Positions 54,374 to 62,958 of a DNA stretch of 64,000 nt are shown here, piece after piece. The translations under genes and the position numbers were made by a program. How positions within the stretch are numbered: position 1 is the stretch's first letter; the number at the start of each line of letters is the position of its first letter. A model generated the notes under the pieces. That model was given only the letters and a program-made list of their open reading frames with translations, ran no database searches and was not told where the DNA came from. The DNA comes from Dehalococcoidia bacterium (lineage in GTDB: Bacteria > Chloroflexota > Dehalococcoidia > UBA2979): NCBI GenBank assembly GCA_964291495.2, contig OZ219871.1, forward strand, positions 608,001-672,000. Direction: 5' to 3'.

Positions 54374-55648
54374 CTAGGCCACGGCGCCCGCTTCCCTGAG
54401 CGCCCCGATCTCGTCGTCGGAGAGACCCGCTTCGCGCAGGATCTCCTCGGTGTGCCGCCCCAGGACCGGAGCCGGGCCGGCGGGCCCCACGGCGGCCGCT
54501 GACATCTCGAAGATCCCGCTGAGCTGGCGCTGCGGGCCGGTCAGTTCGTCCTCGACCTCCACCATCAACTCGGCGGCCTGCGGGTCGTCGGCGACCTCCG
54601 CGGGCAGGAGCACGCGCGAGACCGGTACGCCGGCATCGAGCAGCTCGCTCAGGATCTCGTTCACGGTGCGGCGGCCGACCGCCTCGGCGATCGCCTGCCG
54701 GATTCCGAGGGAGCGCGCATGCACGGTCGGGTCGAGCGGATTGAAACCGGCGGCGTCGCCCCCGTCGTCCGGGATGCTCAGTACCTGGCGTGTCGCCGCG
54801 CGCATCCCCGGCGTGTACGCGCCGATGAAGACCGGTCCGTCCTTCGCCATGTATCCGCCCAGGAAGGGCCCGAAGATCGCCGCGAGGCTGGCCCGGGTCG
54901 CCTTGTAGCCGCGCAGCACGGAGCTGTAGTCGTCGCCCGCGGCGAAGCGCTCGTGCGCCTCCTCCAGGCTGTGGCCTTGCAGCACCGAATCGCTGACGGG
55001 CTCCTGCATGACCAGGCCGCCGATCATCACGATCGCGGACCGCAGCGAGGCCACGTCGACGAGCTGGCCCTCGCCGGACCGGGCGCGGTGGTAGAGCGCC
55101 GAGTTGACCCCGATGACCGCGGAGAGCCCGGTCGCGGCATCGATCGTCCCGCCGTGCGTGCCCATTGGCGCGCCGAACTCGTCGACGACGCCGAGCTCGG
55201 CCATGTAGCCGGAGTACGCCTGGGCGGCCAGGTCGGGCAGGGGCTCGTCCGCGCGCGGCCCGTGCCTCCCGAAGCCCGAGATCTGGACGTAGATCAGGTC
55301 CGGCCGCAGTCGCGAGAGGGTCTCGTAGTCGAGCTCCCGCTCGCGGACCGCAACCGGCCCAAGGTTGATGACGACGACGTCGAACGACGGGACGATGCGG
55401 TGGATCAGGGCGCGCCCCCGCGGGTCGTCGAGGTTCACGACCAGGCTGTGCTTGCCCCGGTTCAGGAACTGGAAGTCCTTGCTCGACCCGGCGGCCCCGT
55501 TCTCGCCACGTCGCATCGCGTCGCCGCCCGGAGGCTCGACCTTGACCACCTCCGCGCCGAGGTCCGCGAGCGTGCTGCCCGCCAGCGGTCCGGCGACGAC
55601 CTCGGAAAACTCGAGCACGCGCACGCCGTGGAGGGGACCTGGCGCCAT
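54374..55648 (-). CDS. Family III CoA-transferase (close paralog of 39394-40728)
   Basis: MAPGPLHGVRVLEFS, PMGTHGGTIDA, EDELTGPQRQL shared with the 39394 gene. Confidence 0.92.
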   Translation of the reverse strand: MAPGPLHGVRVLEFSEVVAGPLAGSTLADLGAEVVKVEPPGGDAMRRGENGAAGSSKDFQFLNRGKHSLVVNLDDPRGRALIHRIVPSFDVVVINLGPVAVRERELDYETLSRLRPDLIYVQISGFGRHGPRADEPLPDLAAQAYSGYMAELGVVDEFGAPMGTHGGTIDAATGLSAVIGVNSALYHRARSGEGQLVDVASLRSAIVMIGGLVMQEPVSDSVLQGHSLEEAHERFAAGDDYSSVLRGYKATRASLAAIFGPFLGGYMAKDGPVFIGAYTPGMRAATRQVLSIPDDGGDAAGFNPLDPTVHARSLGIRQAIAEAVGRRTVNEILSELLDAGVPVSRVLLPAEVADDPQAAELMVEVEDELTGPQRQLSGIFEMSAAAVGPAGPAPVLGRHTEEILREAGLSDDEIGALREAGAVA

Positions 55649-55843
55649 GGTCGGCTCCCCCTTGCTAGCGGCGCCGTCCGCCGGGCGGCGGCGAATTCCA
55701 CGCTCGAGTCGCCACCAGGAATCTATCGAGGCAGCGCTCGCTCGCCAACCCAACCCGCGTCACCGGAGGTCAGGCCGGTTCCGCCGACGAGGCCGCGGGC
55801 CCAGCCTGCGTCGGCAGCACGGTGGATGCCCGGACCGAAGTGA

Positions 55844-57514
55844 CTAGAACGCGACCGTCTGCTGGTACTCGCCGAAGGCGCGCCGCATCACGCCCATGAT
55901 CTCGCCGAGCGTGGCGTAGGCGTTCACCGCGTCGAGGAGGCTCGGCATCACGTTGGTGTGCGGGTCGGCGCAGGCCTGCTCGAGCGCCCGCAGCGTGTCC
56001 GCGACCTGCTGCTGGTCGCGCTCGGCTCGCACGCGGTTGAGCCGCGTCATGTGGCGCTCGAAGCTCTCCTCGTTGATGCGGATCGTGGGCACCCCCGTGT
56101 CGTCGTCCATCAGGTACTCGTTCACGCCCACGATGACGCGCTCGCGCGCCTCGATCTCCTGCTGGTAGCGCCAGGCCGCCTCGGCGATCTCGCGGTGGAA
56201 GAACCCGGTTTCGAGGGCGCTGACGACGCCGCCGAGGTCGTCGATCTTGTCGAAGTAGCGGAGGCACTCGCGCTCCATCTCGTCGGTCAGCGCCTCGACG
56301 AAGTAGCTGCCGCCGAGCGGATCGACGGTGTTGGTGGCGCCGGACTCGTGGAGGAGCACCTGCTGGGTGCGGAGGGCGAGGCGGGCTGCCTCGTCGGAGG
56401 GCAGCGCGAGCGCCTCGTCCAGGGAGTTCGTGTGCAGGCTCTGCGTCCCGCCGAGCGCGGCCGCGAGCGACTGCACGGTCGAGCGCACGATGTTCACCTC
56501 GGGCTGCTGCTTGGTAAGCGAGCAGCCGGCGGTCTGCGCGTGGAAGCGCATCCAGAGGCTGCGCTCGTTCTTCGCGCCGAAGCGCTCCTTCATCACCCGC
56601 GACCAGATCCGGCGGGCCGCGCGCAGCTTCGCAATCTCCTCGAAGAAGTCGTTGTGGATGTTGAAGAAGAACGAGATGCGAGGCGCGATCGCGTCCACAT
56701 CGAGGCCGCGGTCGACGCACCACTGGACGTACTCGATCCCGTCCCGCAGCGTGAACGCCAGCTCCTGCGCCGCCGTCGAACCCGCTTCGCGGATGTGGTA
56801 GCCGGAGACGGAGATGCTGTTCCACTTCGGCATCTGCTCGCTGGCGAACTCGATGGTGTCGACCACCAGGCGCATCGAGGGTTCCGGCGGGAAGACGAAC
56901 TCGTTCTGGGCGATGTACTCCTTGAGGATGTCGTTCTGCAGCGTGCCGCCGAGCTCGCTGCGCGGTACGCCCGCCTTCTCCGCCGTCGCGATGTACATCG
57001 CCCAGATCACGGGCGCTGGCGAGTTGATCGTCATTGAGGTGGTGATCTGGTCGAGGGCGATCCCGTCGAACAGCACCTCCATGTCGGCGAGCGAGGACAC
57101 GCCGACGCCGCAGTGGCCGAACTCTCCCGCCGCCCACTCGTCGTCCGCGTCGTAGCCCATCAGCGTCGGCATGTCGAAGGCGACGGAGAGCCCCGTCTCG
57201 CCATGATCGAGCAGGTAGCGGTAACGCTCGTTGGTCTCCTCGGCGGAGCCGAACCCGGCGAACATGCGGATCGTCCAGGGCTTGCCGCGGTAGCCGGTGG
57301 GGTGGATGCCGCGTGTGAACGGATACTCGCCGGGGTTGCCGAGATCCTCGCTGTAGCTCAAGTCCGGGATGTCGACGGGGCTGTAGAGGCGCTCGACCGG
57401 GTGACTCGATGTCGTCATGAACGGGCCGGGAAGCTCGCGCCCGCTCGTGCGGACGCGCTCCTCGTACTCCGCCCGGCGTGACGCGAGCTCCTCCGGCGAG
57501 TCGACATCAGGCAC
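55844..57514 (-). CDS. Methylmalonyl-CoA mutase family large (substrate-binding) subunit with isobutyryl-CoA-mutase-type signature
   Basis: [60 protein letters not shown]; no DxHxxG B12 domain. Confidence 0.92.
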   Translation of the reverse strand: MPDVDSPEELASRRAEYEERVRTSGRELPGPFMTTSSHPVERLYSPVDIPDLSYSEDLGNPGEYPFTRGIHPTGYRGKPWTIRMFAGFGSAEETNERYRYLLDHGETGLSVAFDMPTLMGYDADDEWAAGEFGHCGVGVSSLADMEVLFDGIALDQITTSMTINSPAPVIWAMYIATAEKAGVPRSELGGTLQNDILKEYIAQNEFVFPPEPSMRLVVDTIEFASEQMPKWNSISVSGYHIREAGSTAAQELAFTLRDGIEYVQWCVDRGLDVDAIAPRISFFFNIHNDFFEEIAKLRAARRIWSRVMKERFGAKNERSLWMRFHAQTAGCSLTKQQPEVNIVRSTVQSLAAALGGTQSLHTNSLDEALALPSDEAARLALRTQQVLLHESGATNTVDPLGGSYFVEALTDEMERECLRYFDKIDDLGGVVSALETGFFHREIAEAAWRYQQEIEARERVIVGVNEYLMDDDTGVPTIRINEESFERHMTRLNRVRAERDQQQVADTLRALEQACADPHTNVMPSLLDAVNAYATLGEIMGVMRRAFGEYQQTVAF

Positions 57515-57572
57515 TGCTCAGCTCCATTCGATGCTGCGTGATGTTGCCCCGGCGGACGGCTGCCGGGCCGCC

Positions 57573-57621
57573 GAGTGAGCGTCCGCTCGTGATTCTCGGC
57601 GGGCCCGTTGGAGTGTGTCAA
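57573..57621 (-). promoter_or_regulatory. Promoter TTGACA-N18-GAGAAT plus operator GAGCGGACGCTCACTC (57573-57588)
   Basis: Read directly on the minus strand, upstream of the mutase gene. Confidence 0.65.
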
Positions 57622-57787
57622 GCAGCGCTCTTCGGCGGCGACACGACCGGCGGGAATGCTGCGGCATGAGCGAGTTGGCGGCAACCTTGGCGGCAGGCAT
57701 CCAGCGTTGTTGGCGCGGTCCGAAGTCCGGGCGGACCAGGGCTCTCGCCGACCGGCGGCAGCCCCTCGGCGAGCCGCACCTCGAGGG

Positions 57788-57856
57788 CGCCCCGGGCGCG
57801 ATGTCCATGCAGTGGACCTCGTGCCCGTGCTCGACGAGCTTGCGCATCACGCGCGA
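57788..57856 (-). pseudogene. Remnant of an NAD-dependent epimerase/dehydratase N-terminus
   Basis: ARVMRKLVEHGHEVHCMDIAPGA with coding-like codon usage; GxxGxxG motif and the rest of the protein are absent. Confidence 0.45.
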
Positions 57857-57993
57857 CGTCTGCGGCCGCCGTGAAGACGTACTCCCGCGTCGCCCAGGCC
57901 GCGCGAAGATGGACCTCGACGCAGCCGCTACGTATTGTCACTGCGGGCGCAAGCGCGAGGCCGCCGCGTTCGAGCATCGAAGGAGATGCAGTC

Positions 57994-59226
57994 ATGAAGT
58001 CCTTCCAGTTCCATCTCATGCCCTACCCGTATCTGCCTGGCACCGACCGCGAGTTCACGGACACGTACTCCAGCACCTGGGTGGACCTCCCGAACGAGCT
58101 CTTCGACAGCGAGCGCGGGCCGGGGGTCTACCGGTCCTACCTCCAGGACCTGGTCTGGGCGGAGCAGGTGGGGTTGGACGGCGTCGTGGTGAACGAGCAC
58201 CACCAGAACGCCTACGGCATCATGCCGTCGCCCAACCTGATCGCCGCCGCGCTCTCGCAGATCACGTCGCGCGTCAAGGTCGCCGTCCTCGGTAACGCGG
58301 TGCCGCTGCTGGAGGAGCCGCAGAAGATCGCGGAAGAGTTCGCGATGCTCGATCAACTGCTCGACGGGCGCTTCATCGGCGGGCTCGTGATTGGCACGGG
58401 GATGGAGTACTACTCCTACGGCACCAACCCCACGTTCGCGCGCGAGAAGTACCGCGAGGGCCTGGCGCTGATCCTGCAAGCGTGGACCCAGCCCGGGCCG
58501 ACGCAGTTCCACGGCGAGCACTTCCAGAACGCCTACCTCAATCCCTGGCCACGCCCGAAACAGCAGCCGCACCCGCCGATCTGGGTGCCCGGCGGGACCA
58601 GCCTCGAGACGATGGAGCTTTGCGTCGACAACGACTTCACGTACTGCATTACCGTGAACCCGGCGAAGGACGGATTGCGGGCTGCGGCGGAGACCTACCA
58701 GAAGGTGTTCGAGGACCGCGGCAAGCCCTACAACCCGGACAAGCTCGCCTGGCTGGTGCCGACCTACGTCACCACCTCGAGCGAGGCCGCCGAGGAAGAG
58801 GCGCACGACTCGTATCGCTACTTCACACGCCGCCTGCTGCTCGGGTTCGGCGGCGACGGGCGCGTCTGGACGGCTCCCGGCTACACCTCCGAGCGGTCTC
58901 GCGCCTCGTCGGGCGAGCGGATGAGGCAGATCATGGCGGGCCGCGGCGAGGGCCGCCCGGTCTGGGACGACCTCGACAACGGTGGGGTGATCCTGACCGG
59001 AAGCCCGGAGAAGGTGACGAACGAGTTCGTCGAACTCTGCACCGACTACGGGGTCGGCCACATCCTGCACCTCTTCCGCTTCGGGAACCTGCCCGAGGAC
59101 CTGGGCAGGCGAAGCGTGAAGATGTACGCAGAGGAGTGCCTGCCGACGATCCGCGAGCAGGTCGACAAGAATCTCAAGCAGAAGTGGCCCGCCTACACCG
59201 GCGAGGGCGCGGAGTGGAACTTCTAG
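57994..59226 (+). CDS. LLM-class flavin-dependent oxidoreductase
   Basis: FHLMPY, AEQVGLDGVVVNEHHQ, IAEEFAMLD, WPRPKQQPHPPIW; AAGGAG RBS. Confidence 0.92.
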   Translation: MKSFQFHLMPYPYLPGTDREFTDTYSSTWVDLPNELFDSERGPGVYRSYLQDLVWAEQVGLDGVVVNEHHQNAYGIMPSPNLIAAALSQITSRVKVAVLGNAVPLLEEPQKIAEEFAMLDQLLDGRFIGGLVIGTGMEYYSYGTNPTFAREKYREGLALILQAWTQPGPTQFHGEHFQNAYLNPWPRPKQQPHPPIWVPGGTSLETMELCVDNDFTYCITVNPAKDGLRAAAETYQKVFEDRGKPYNPDKLAWLVPTYVTTSSEAAEEEAHDSYRYFTRRLLLGFGGDGRVWTAPGYTSERSRASSGERMRQIMAGRGEGRPVWDDLDNGGVILTGSPEKVTNEFVELCTDYGVGHILHLFRFGNLPEDLGRRSVKMYAEECLPTIREQVDKNLKQKWPAYTGEGAEWNF

Positions 59227-59258
59227 GCGCCCTCGCGGCGCGCTGAGCGGGGGATGCG

Positions 59259-60095
59259 GTGGCACTCACACAGGAGACGATCCAGGTCGCGGACATTGAG
59301 ATCGGCGCGGCGAGGGCCGGGAACGGCGACACCGTGGTCTATCTGCACGACATCCTCGGAGACATCCACGGTCAACCGGAGGGTACTGAGGACAGCCTCC
59401 GCTTCCTCGAGAAGCTGTCCGAGCGCTTCGACGTGATCGCACCGGCGATCCCCGGCTACCGCGCCTCGCTTGAGGCTCAGGAAGCCGTCTACGACCTCGA
59501 GGACATGGCGCTGATCTTCGACGACCTTCTGGCGTCGCTCGGCAGCGGGAAGGCTTCGGTCGTCGGGCTCGGCCTCGGTGGCTGGGTGGCCGCCGAAGTG
59601 GCCACACGCAACCCGGAGCGCATCGGGAAGCTCGTGTTGATCTCACCCGCCGGCATCTCGCTTCCGGAGACCCCGATCAACCGCCTGATCTTCCCCGCCT
59701 TCAGCCCTCGCGCACGGTCGGGGTTCGGCGAGATGCGCACGCTGCTGTTCGGCGACCCGGAATCGGAGTTCGCCAAGCGGCTGATTCCGGACCCGCCCGG
59801 CCTCAGCCCCGAGTGGCAGCAGACGATGCGTTACTGCGCCAAGGGATCGGCACGCATCGGCTGGAAGCCCCAGTTCCTGTACAACCGCCGGCTCCCGCAG
59901 CGGCTGCGGCGCGTGACCGCCGACACGATGATCATCGCCTCGCGCACGGACGAGCTTGTACCGTTCGAGAACTTCCAGACGTACGTTGACGGCATCGCGG
60001 GCGCCGAGCTGGTCGAGATGGAGGGCAGCCATATGCTCCCGTTCGACCATCCCGACGAGGTAGCTGCGAACGTCGCGGAGTTCGTCAGTGGCTAG
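59259..60095 (+). CDS. Alpha/beta hydrolase-fold protein lacking the nucleophilic Ser
   Basis: VYLHD, PAIPGY, elbow GLGLGG, DELVP, SHM. Confidence 0.85.
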   Translation: MALTQETIQVADIEIGAARAGNGDTVVYLHDILGDIHGQPEGTEDSLRFLEKLSERFDVIAPAIPGYRASLEAQEAVYDLEDMALIFDDLLASLGSGKASVVGLGLGGWVAAEVATRNPERIGKLVLISPAGISLPETPINRLIFPAFSPRARSGFGEMRTLLFGDPESEFAKRLIPDPPGLSPEWQQTMRYCAKGSARIGWKPQFLYNRRLPQRLRRVTADTMIIASRTDELVPFENFQTYVDGIAGAELVEMEGSHMLPFDHPDEVAANVAEFVSG

Positions 60096-60137
60096 CCGCC
60101 CGCGTCACCCGCGCCGGAGCTCCGGAGCCGGGGTGCG

Positions 60138-60323
60138 ATGAGCGACGAGGGAGCCACCACGGTCGAGCGCTGCGAGGAGTGCGGCGATCCACTGGAGTCC
60201 CCCGAGGACCGCGGCACCAACGCGGACGGGTCGCGCTCAGCCCGGTTCTGCCGGCTCTGCTACCGGGACGGTCAGTTCGTCGAGAGCCTGCCGGGACGCG
60301 GGGACGCCCTCTCCCCGCGCTGA
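60138..60323 (+). CDS. Small putative zinc-ribbon protein (Zn_ribbon_2-like), possibly truncated
   Basis: CEECGDPL...GTNADGS...FCRLCYRDGQF. Confidence 0.7.
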   Translation: MSDEGATTVERCEECGDPLESPEDRGTNADGSRSARFCRLCYRDGQFVESLPGRGDALSPR

Positions 60324-60445
60324 GTCCAGAGGCGGCGCACGCCTCGCTCGTTCGCCGGCGCCGTCCGATTCGCGCCCTGGAAGGGAACAGCTCCGCCACG
60401 GGCCCAACCTGCGTGTGTGTACGCACGTGGCCTGGCAGGCGTTGA

Positions 60446-60619
60446 CCGCGTGGACAGGGCGAGCAACAGCAGGCGATGGAGTACCTCGACGCCGTCGGGG
60501 AGCTGTTGAGCCGCTCCGGGGACAAGCTCTACCTCGACCGCGCGCTGTCGAAGAAGCAGATCCTGAGGGCCTGGCAAGCACTGGCGGGCCGCCACCAGGG
60601 CGTAGAATCCGGAAGGTAG
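60446..60619 (+). pseudogene. Orphan C-terminal fragment of a TPR-like helical protein
   Basis: QQAMEYLDAVGELLSRSGDKLYLDRALSKKQILRA in coding-like codons; in-frame stop just upstream and no clear RBS. Confidence 0.4.
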
Positions 60620-60655
60620 AGCCATCGCGGACTCGATGGCGCGAGGAGCAATGAG

Positions 60656-61912
60656 ATGGACTGGAGGGACAGCGCGGACCAGGCGGCGTTTCGCGCCGGT
60701 GTGCGGACGTTCATGCAGGAGAGACTGCCGCCGCGCTATAAGGCGAGTTCCGCCTCGTACAGCCGGCAGGAGATCCCGAGCCCGGTGGAGACGCTCATCA
60801 TGCCCGGCGCGTCGTGGGAGACGGACCGCATGTCGGGCGACCCCGAGGTCCGCAGGCAGTGCCAGGACTGGGTTGAGGCGCTCAACGAGCAGGGCTGGGT
60901 CGCCGCGCACTGGCCCCGCGAACTCGGCGGCGCCGGGCTCTCGACGATCGAGCAGTACATCCTGAACGAAGAGCGCACGATAGCCGATGCGCCACGGGTG
61001 GGAGGCACCGGCGCGATGTTCCTCGGCAGCCTGCTGATGGTGCACGGCACGCCCGAGCAGCGGGCCCGCCACATGCCGGCGATCGCCGCCGGCGAGATCA
61101 ACTGGGCGCAGGGCTACTCCGAGCCCGGCGCCGGCTCCGACCTCGGCTCGCTGTCGCTGCGCGCCGTCCGCGATGGCGACGAGTACGTGCTGAACGGGCA
61201 GAAGATCTGGTCGACCCCGCAGACCGCCGACGCCATGTACGCGCTCGTGCGGACGGACCCGGACGCGCCCAAGCACCGCGGCATCTCGTTCCTGATGATC
61301 GAGGACTTCCGCATCCCCGGCATCTCGTGGCGGCCGCTCATGAACGCCTGCTTTGACCACTCCAGCTTCGGTGAGACGTTCTTCGAGGACGCCCGCGTGC
61401 CGGCGACGAACCTGATTGGCGAGGAGAATCGCGGCTGGTACGTCGCCATGACGCTCATGGACTTCGATCGCGCCAGCATCTCCAACACGGCCGAGCAGCG
61501 CCTCGACATGCAGGAGCTGATCGGCTTCGCGACCGGTGAGGGCAGGGACCTCGTGCGGATCGGGGAGCGGCCGGTGCTGCGCGGCGAGATCGCCGACCGC
61601 ATGATCGAGGTCGAGGTGGGCTACAACCTGTCGCTGCGGCTCGCGTGGATGCAGTCATCCGGCCTGATCCCCAACTACGAGGCGTCGATGGGCAAGATGT
61701 TCTCGACGGAGCTGCTGCAGCGCGTCGCGCGAAGCGGCGCGAAGACGTTCGGCCTCTACGCCAACCTCTGGCCGGGGGATGAACACGCTCCGCTGGCCGG
61801 CAAGCACACCTATCAGTACCTGCGGACCATTCCCAGAACCATCTCCGGCGGCAGTTCCGAGATCCAGCGCAACGTCATCGCCACGCGCGGTCTGGGTCTG
61901 CCGCGCGGGTAG
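60656..61912 (+). CDS. Acyl-CoA dehydrogenase family protein
   Basis: WPRELGG, WAQGYSEPGAGSDL, NGQKIWS, PKHRGIS, GEENRGW, SGGSSEIQRNVIA. Confidence 0.93.
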   Translation: MDWRDSADQAAFRAGVRTFMQERLPPRYKASSASYSRQEIPSPVETLIMPGASWETDRMSGDPEVRRQCQDWVEALNEQGWVAAHWPRELGGAGLSTIEQYILNEERTIADAPRVGGTGAMFLGSLLMVHGTPEQRARHMPAIAAGEINWAQGYSEPGAGSDLGSLSLRAVRDGDEYVLNGQKIWSTPQTADAMYALVRTDPDAPKHRGISFLMIEDFRIPGISWRPLMNACFDHSSFGETFFEDARVPATNLIGEENRGWYVAMTLMDFDRASISNTAEQRLDMQELIGFATGEGRDLVRIGERPVLRGEIADRMIEVEVGYNLSLRLAWMQSSGLIPNYEASMGKMFSTELLQRVARSGAKTFGLYANLWPGDEHAPLAGKHTYQYLRTIPRTISGGSSEIQRNVIATRGLGLPRG

Positions 61913-61949
61913 CGAGCGCAGTCCGTCCGCGATCGCGCGGGCGTTGCGG

Positions 61950-62732
61950 CTAGCGACCTCGGAACACTGGCTTGCGCTTCTCGACGAACGCCTGCGCCGC
62001 CTCGCGCGTGTCGTCGAGGGTTCGGAGATAGGCCATCGCGCCCGGCATTCCGATCTCGGTCTGGTACGTGCTCGTGCGGGGGCGCGCCATCCGCAGCTGC
62101 TCCTTCGTCGTCTGCACGTGCACGGGCGGCAGACCTGCGATTTCCTCGGCGAGCTCGAGCGCACGTGGCAGCACCTCGTCGGGCGGCACCAGGTGGTTCG
62201 CAAGCCCCAGCTCGTACGCTCGCTGAGCGCTGATGGTGTGCCCGCGCAACACGATCTCCACGCCGGGCAGCCACGGCAGATTGCACAGGATCGGCACGAA
62301 CGCCGGGCCGATGATCCCGGTCGGCAGCTCCGACATCGCGAACCGCGCGTCGTCGGCGCACACGGCAATGTCCGACCCGATCACCATGTACCAGCCGAAG
62401 CCCCAGGCGCCGCCGTTGACGGCGGCGATGATCGGCTTGTCCGTGTCGGGAACCCCCAGGTACTCCATCCGTGCGACGGGCGCGTCCGCCGCATCGAGCG
62501 GCGGCGGGCCCCCGGCCGCCTGGTCCTGGATGTCCCTCCCCGCGCAGAAGACACGGCCGGCGCCGGTCAGCACCCCGACACGCGCGTCGTCGTCGTTGAC
62601 GAACTCGTACCAGGCCCGGGCGAGGTCGTGCCCCATCTGCGCGCCACGCGCATTCAGTCGCTCGGGGCGGTTCATGGTCACCGTGGCGACGTGCCCGCTC
62701 TTCTCGTACTCGACGAACCCGTGCGTTGCCAT
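61950..62732 (-). CDS. Enoyl-CoA hydratase/isomerase family protein
   Basis: NRPERLNA, FCAGRDI, KPIIAAVNG, AFVEKRKPVFRGR. Confidence 0.9.
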   Translation of the reverse strand: MATHGFVEYEKSGHVATVTMNRPERLNARGAQMGHDLARAWYEFVNDDDARVGVLTGAGRVFCAGRDIQDQAAGGPPPLDAADAPVARMEYLGVPDTDKPIIAAVNGGAWGFGWYMVIGSDIAVCADDARFAMSELPTGIIGPAFVPILCNLPWLPGVEIVLRGHTISAQRAYELGLANHLVPPDEVLPRALELAEEIAGLPPVHVQTTKEQLRMARPRTSTYQTEIGMPGAMAYLRTLDDTREAAQAFVEKRKPVFRGR

Positions 62733-62958
62733 CACCCGGTCCCTCCGCGCATCCGCGATCCTCGGGCGATCCTAGCAGCAGGGCATCCGGGCGATGGGCG
62801 CGGGCTGTACGAGAATCGAGGCCATGACGGGCACCCATCGCGCATCGGGGCGCCACGGCATTCCCTGCGCCTCGGCCAAGTGAGTCCGGCTGGTCACGAG
62901 ACGGGCGGGCTAGAATCGGCCACGAGAAACACGCGACGACCGTAAGGGAGTGGTTCCG

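Noticed and set aside
21968-57588. Recurrent GAGCGAGCGCTC motif as CRISPR or REP repeats
   Set aside because: Single dispersed copies at fixed promoter positions with no spacers; fits an operator
57515-57621. Cobalamin riboswitch upstream of the mutase
   Set aside because: The predicted leader is only about 70 nt and no B12-box motifs are recognisable
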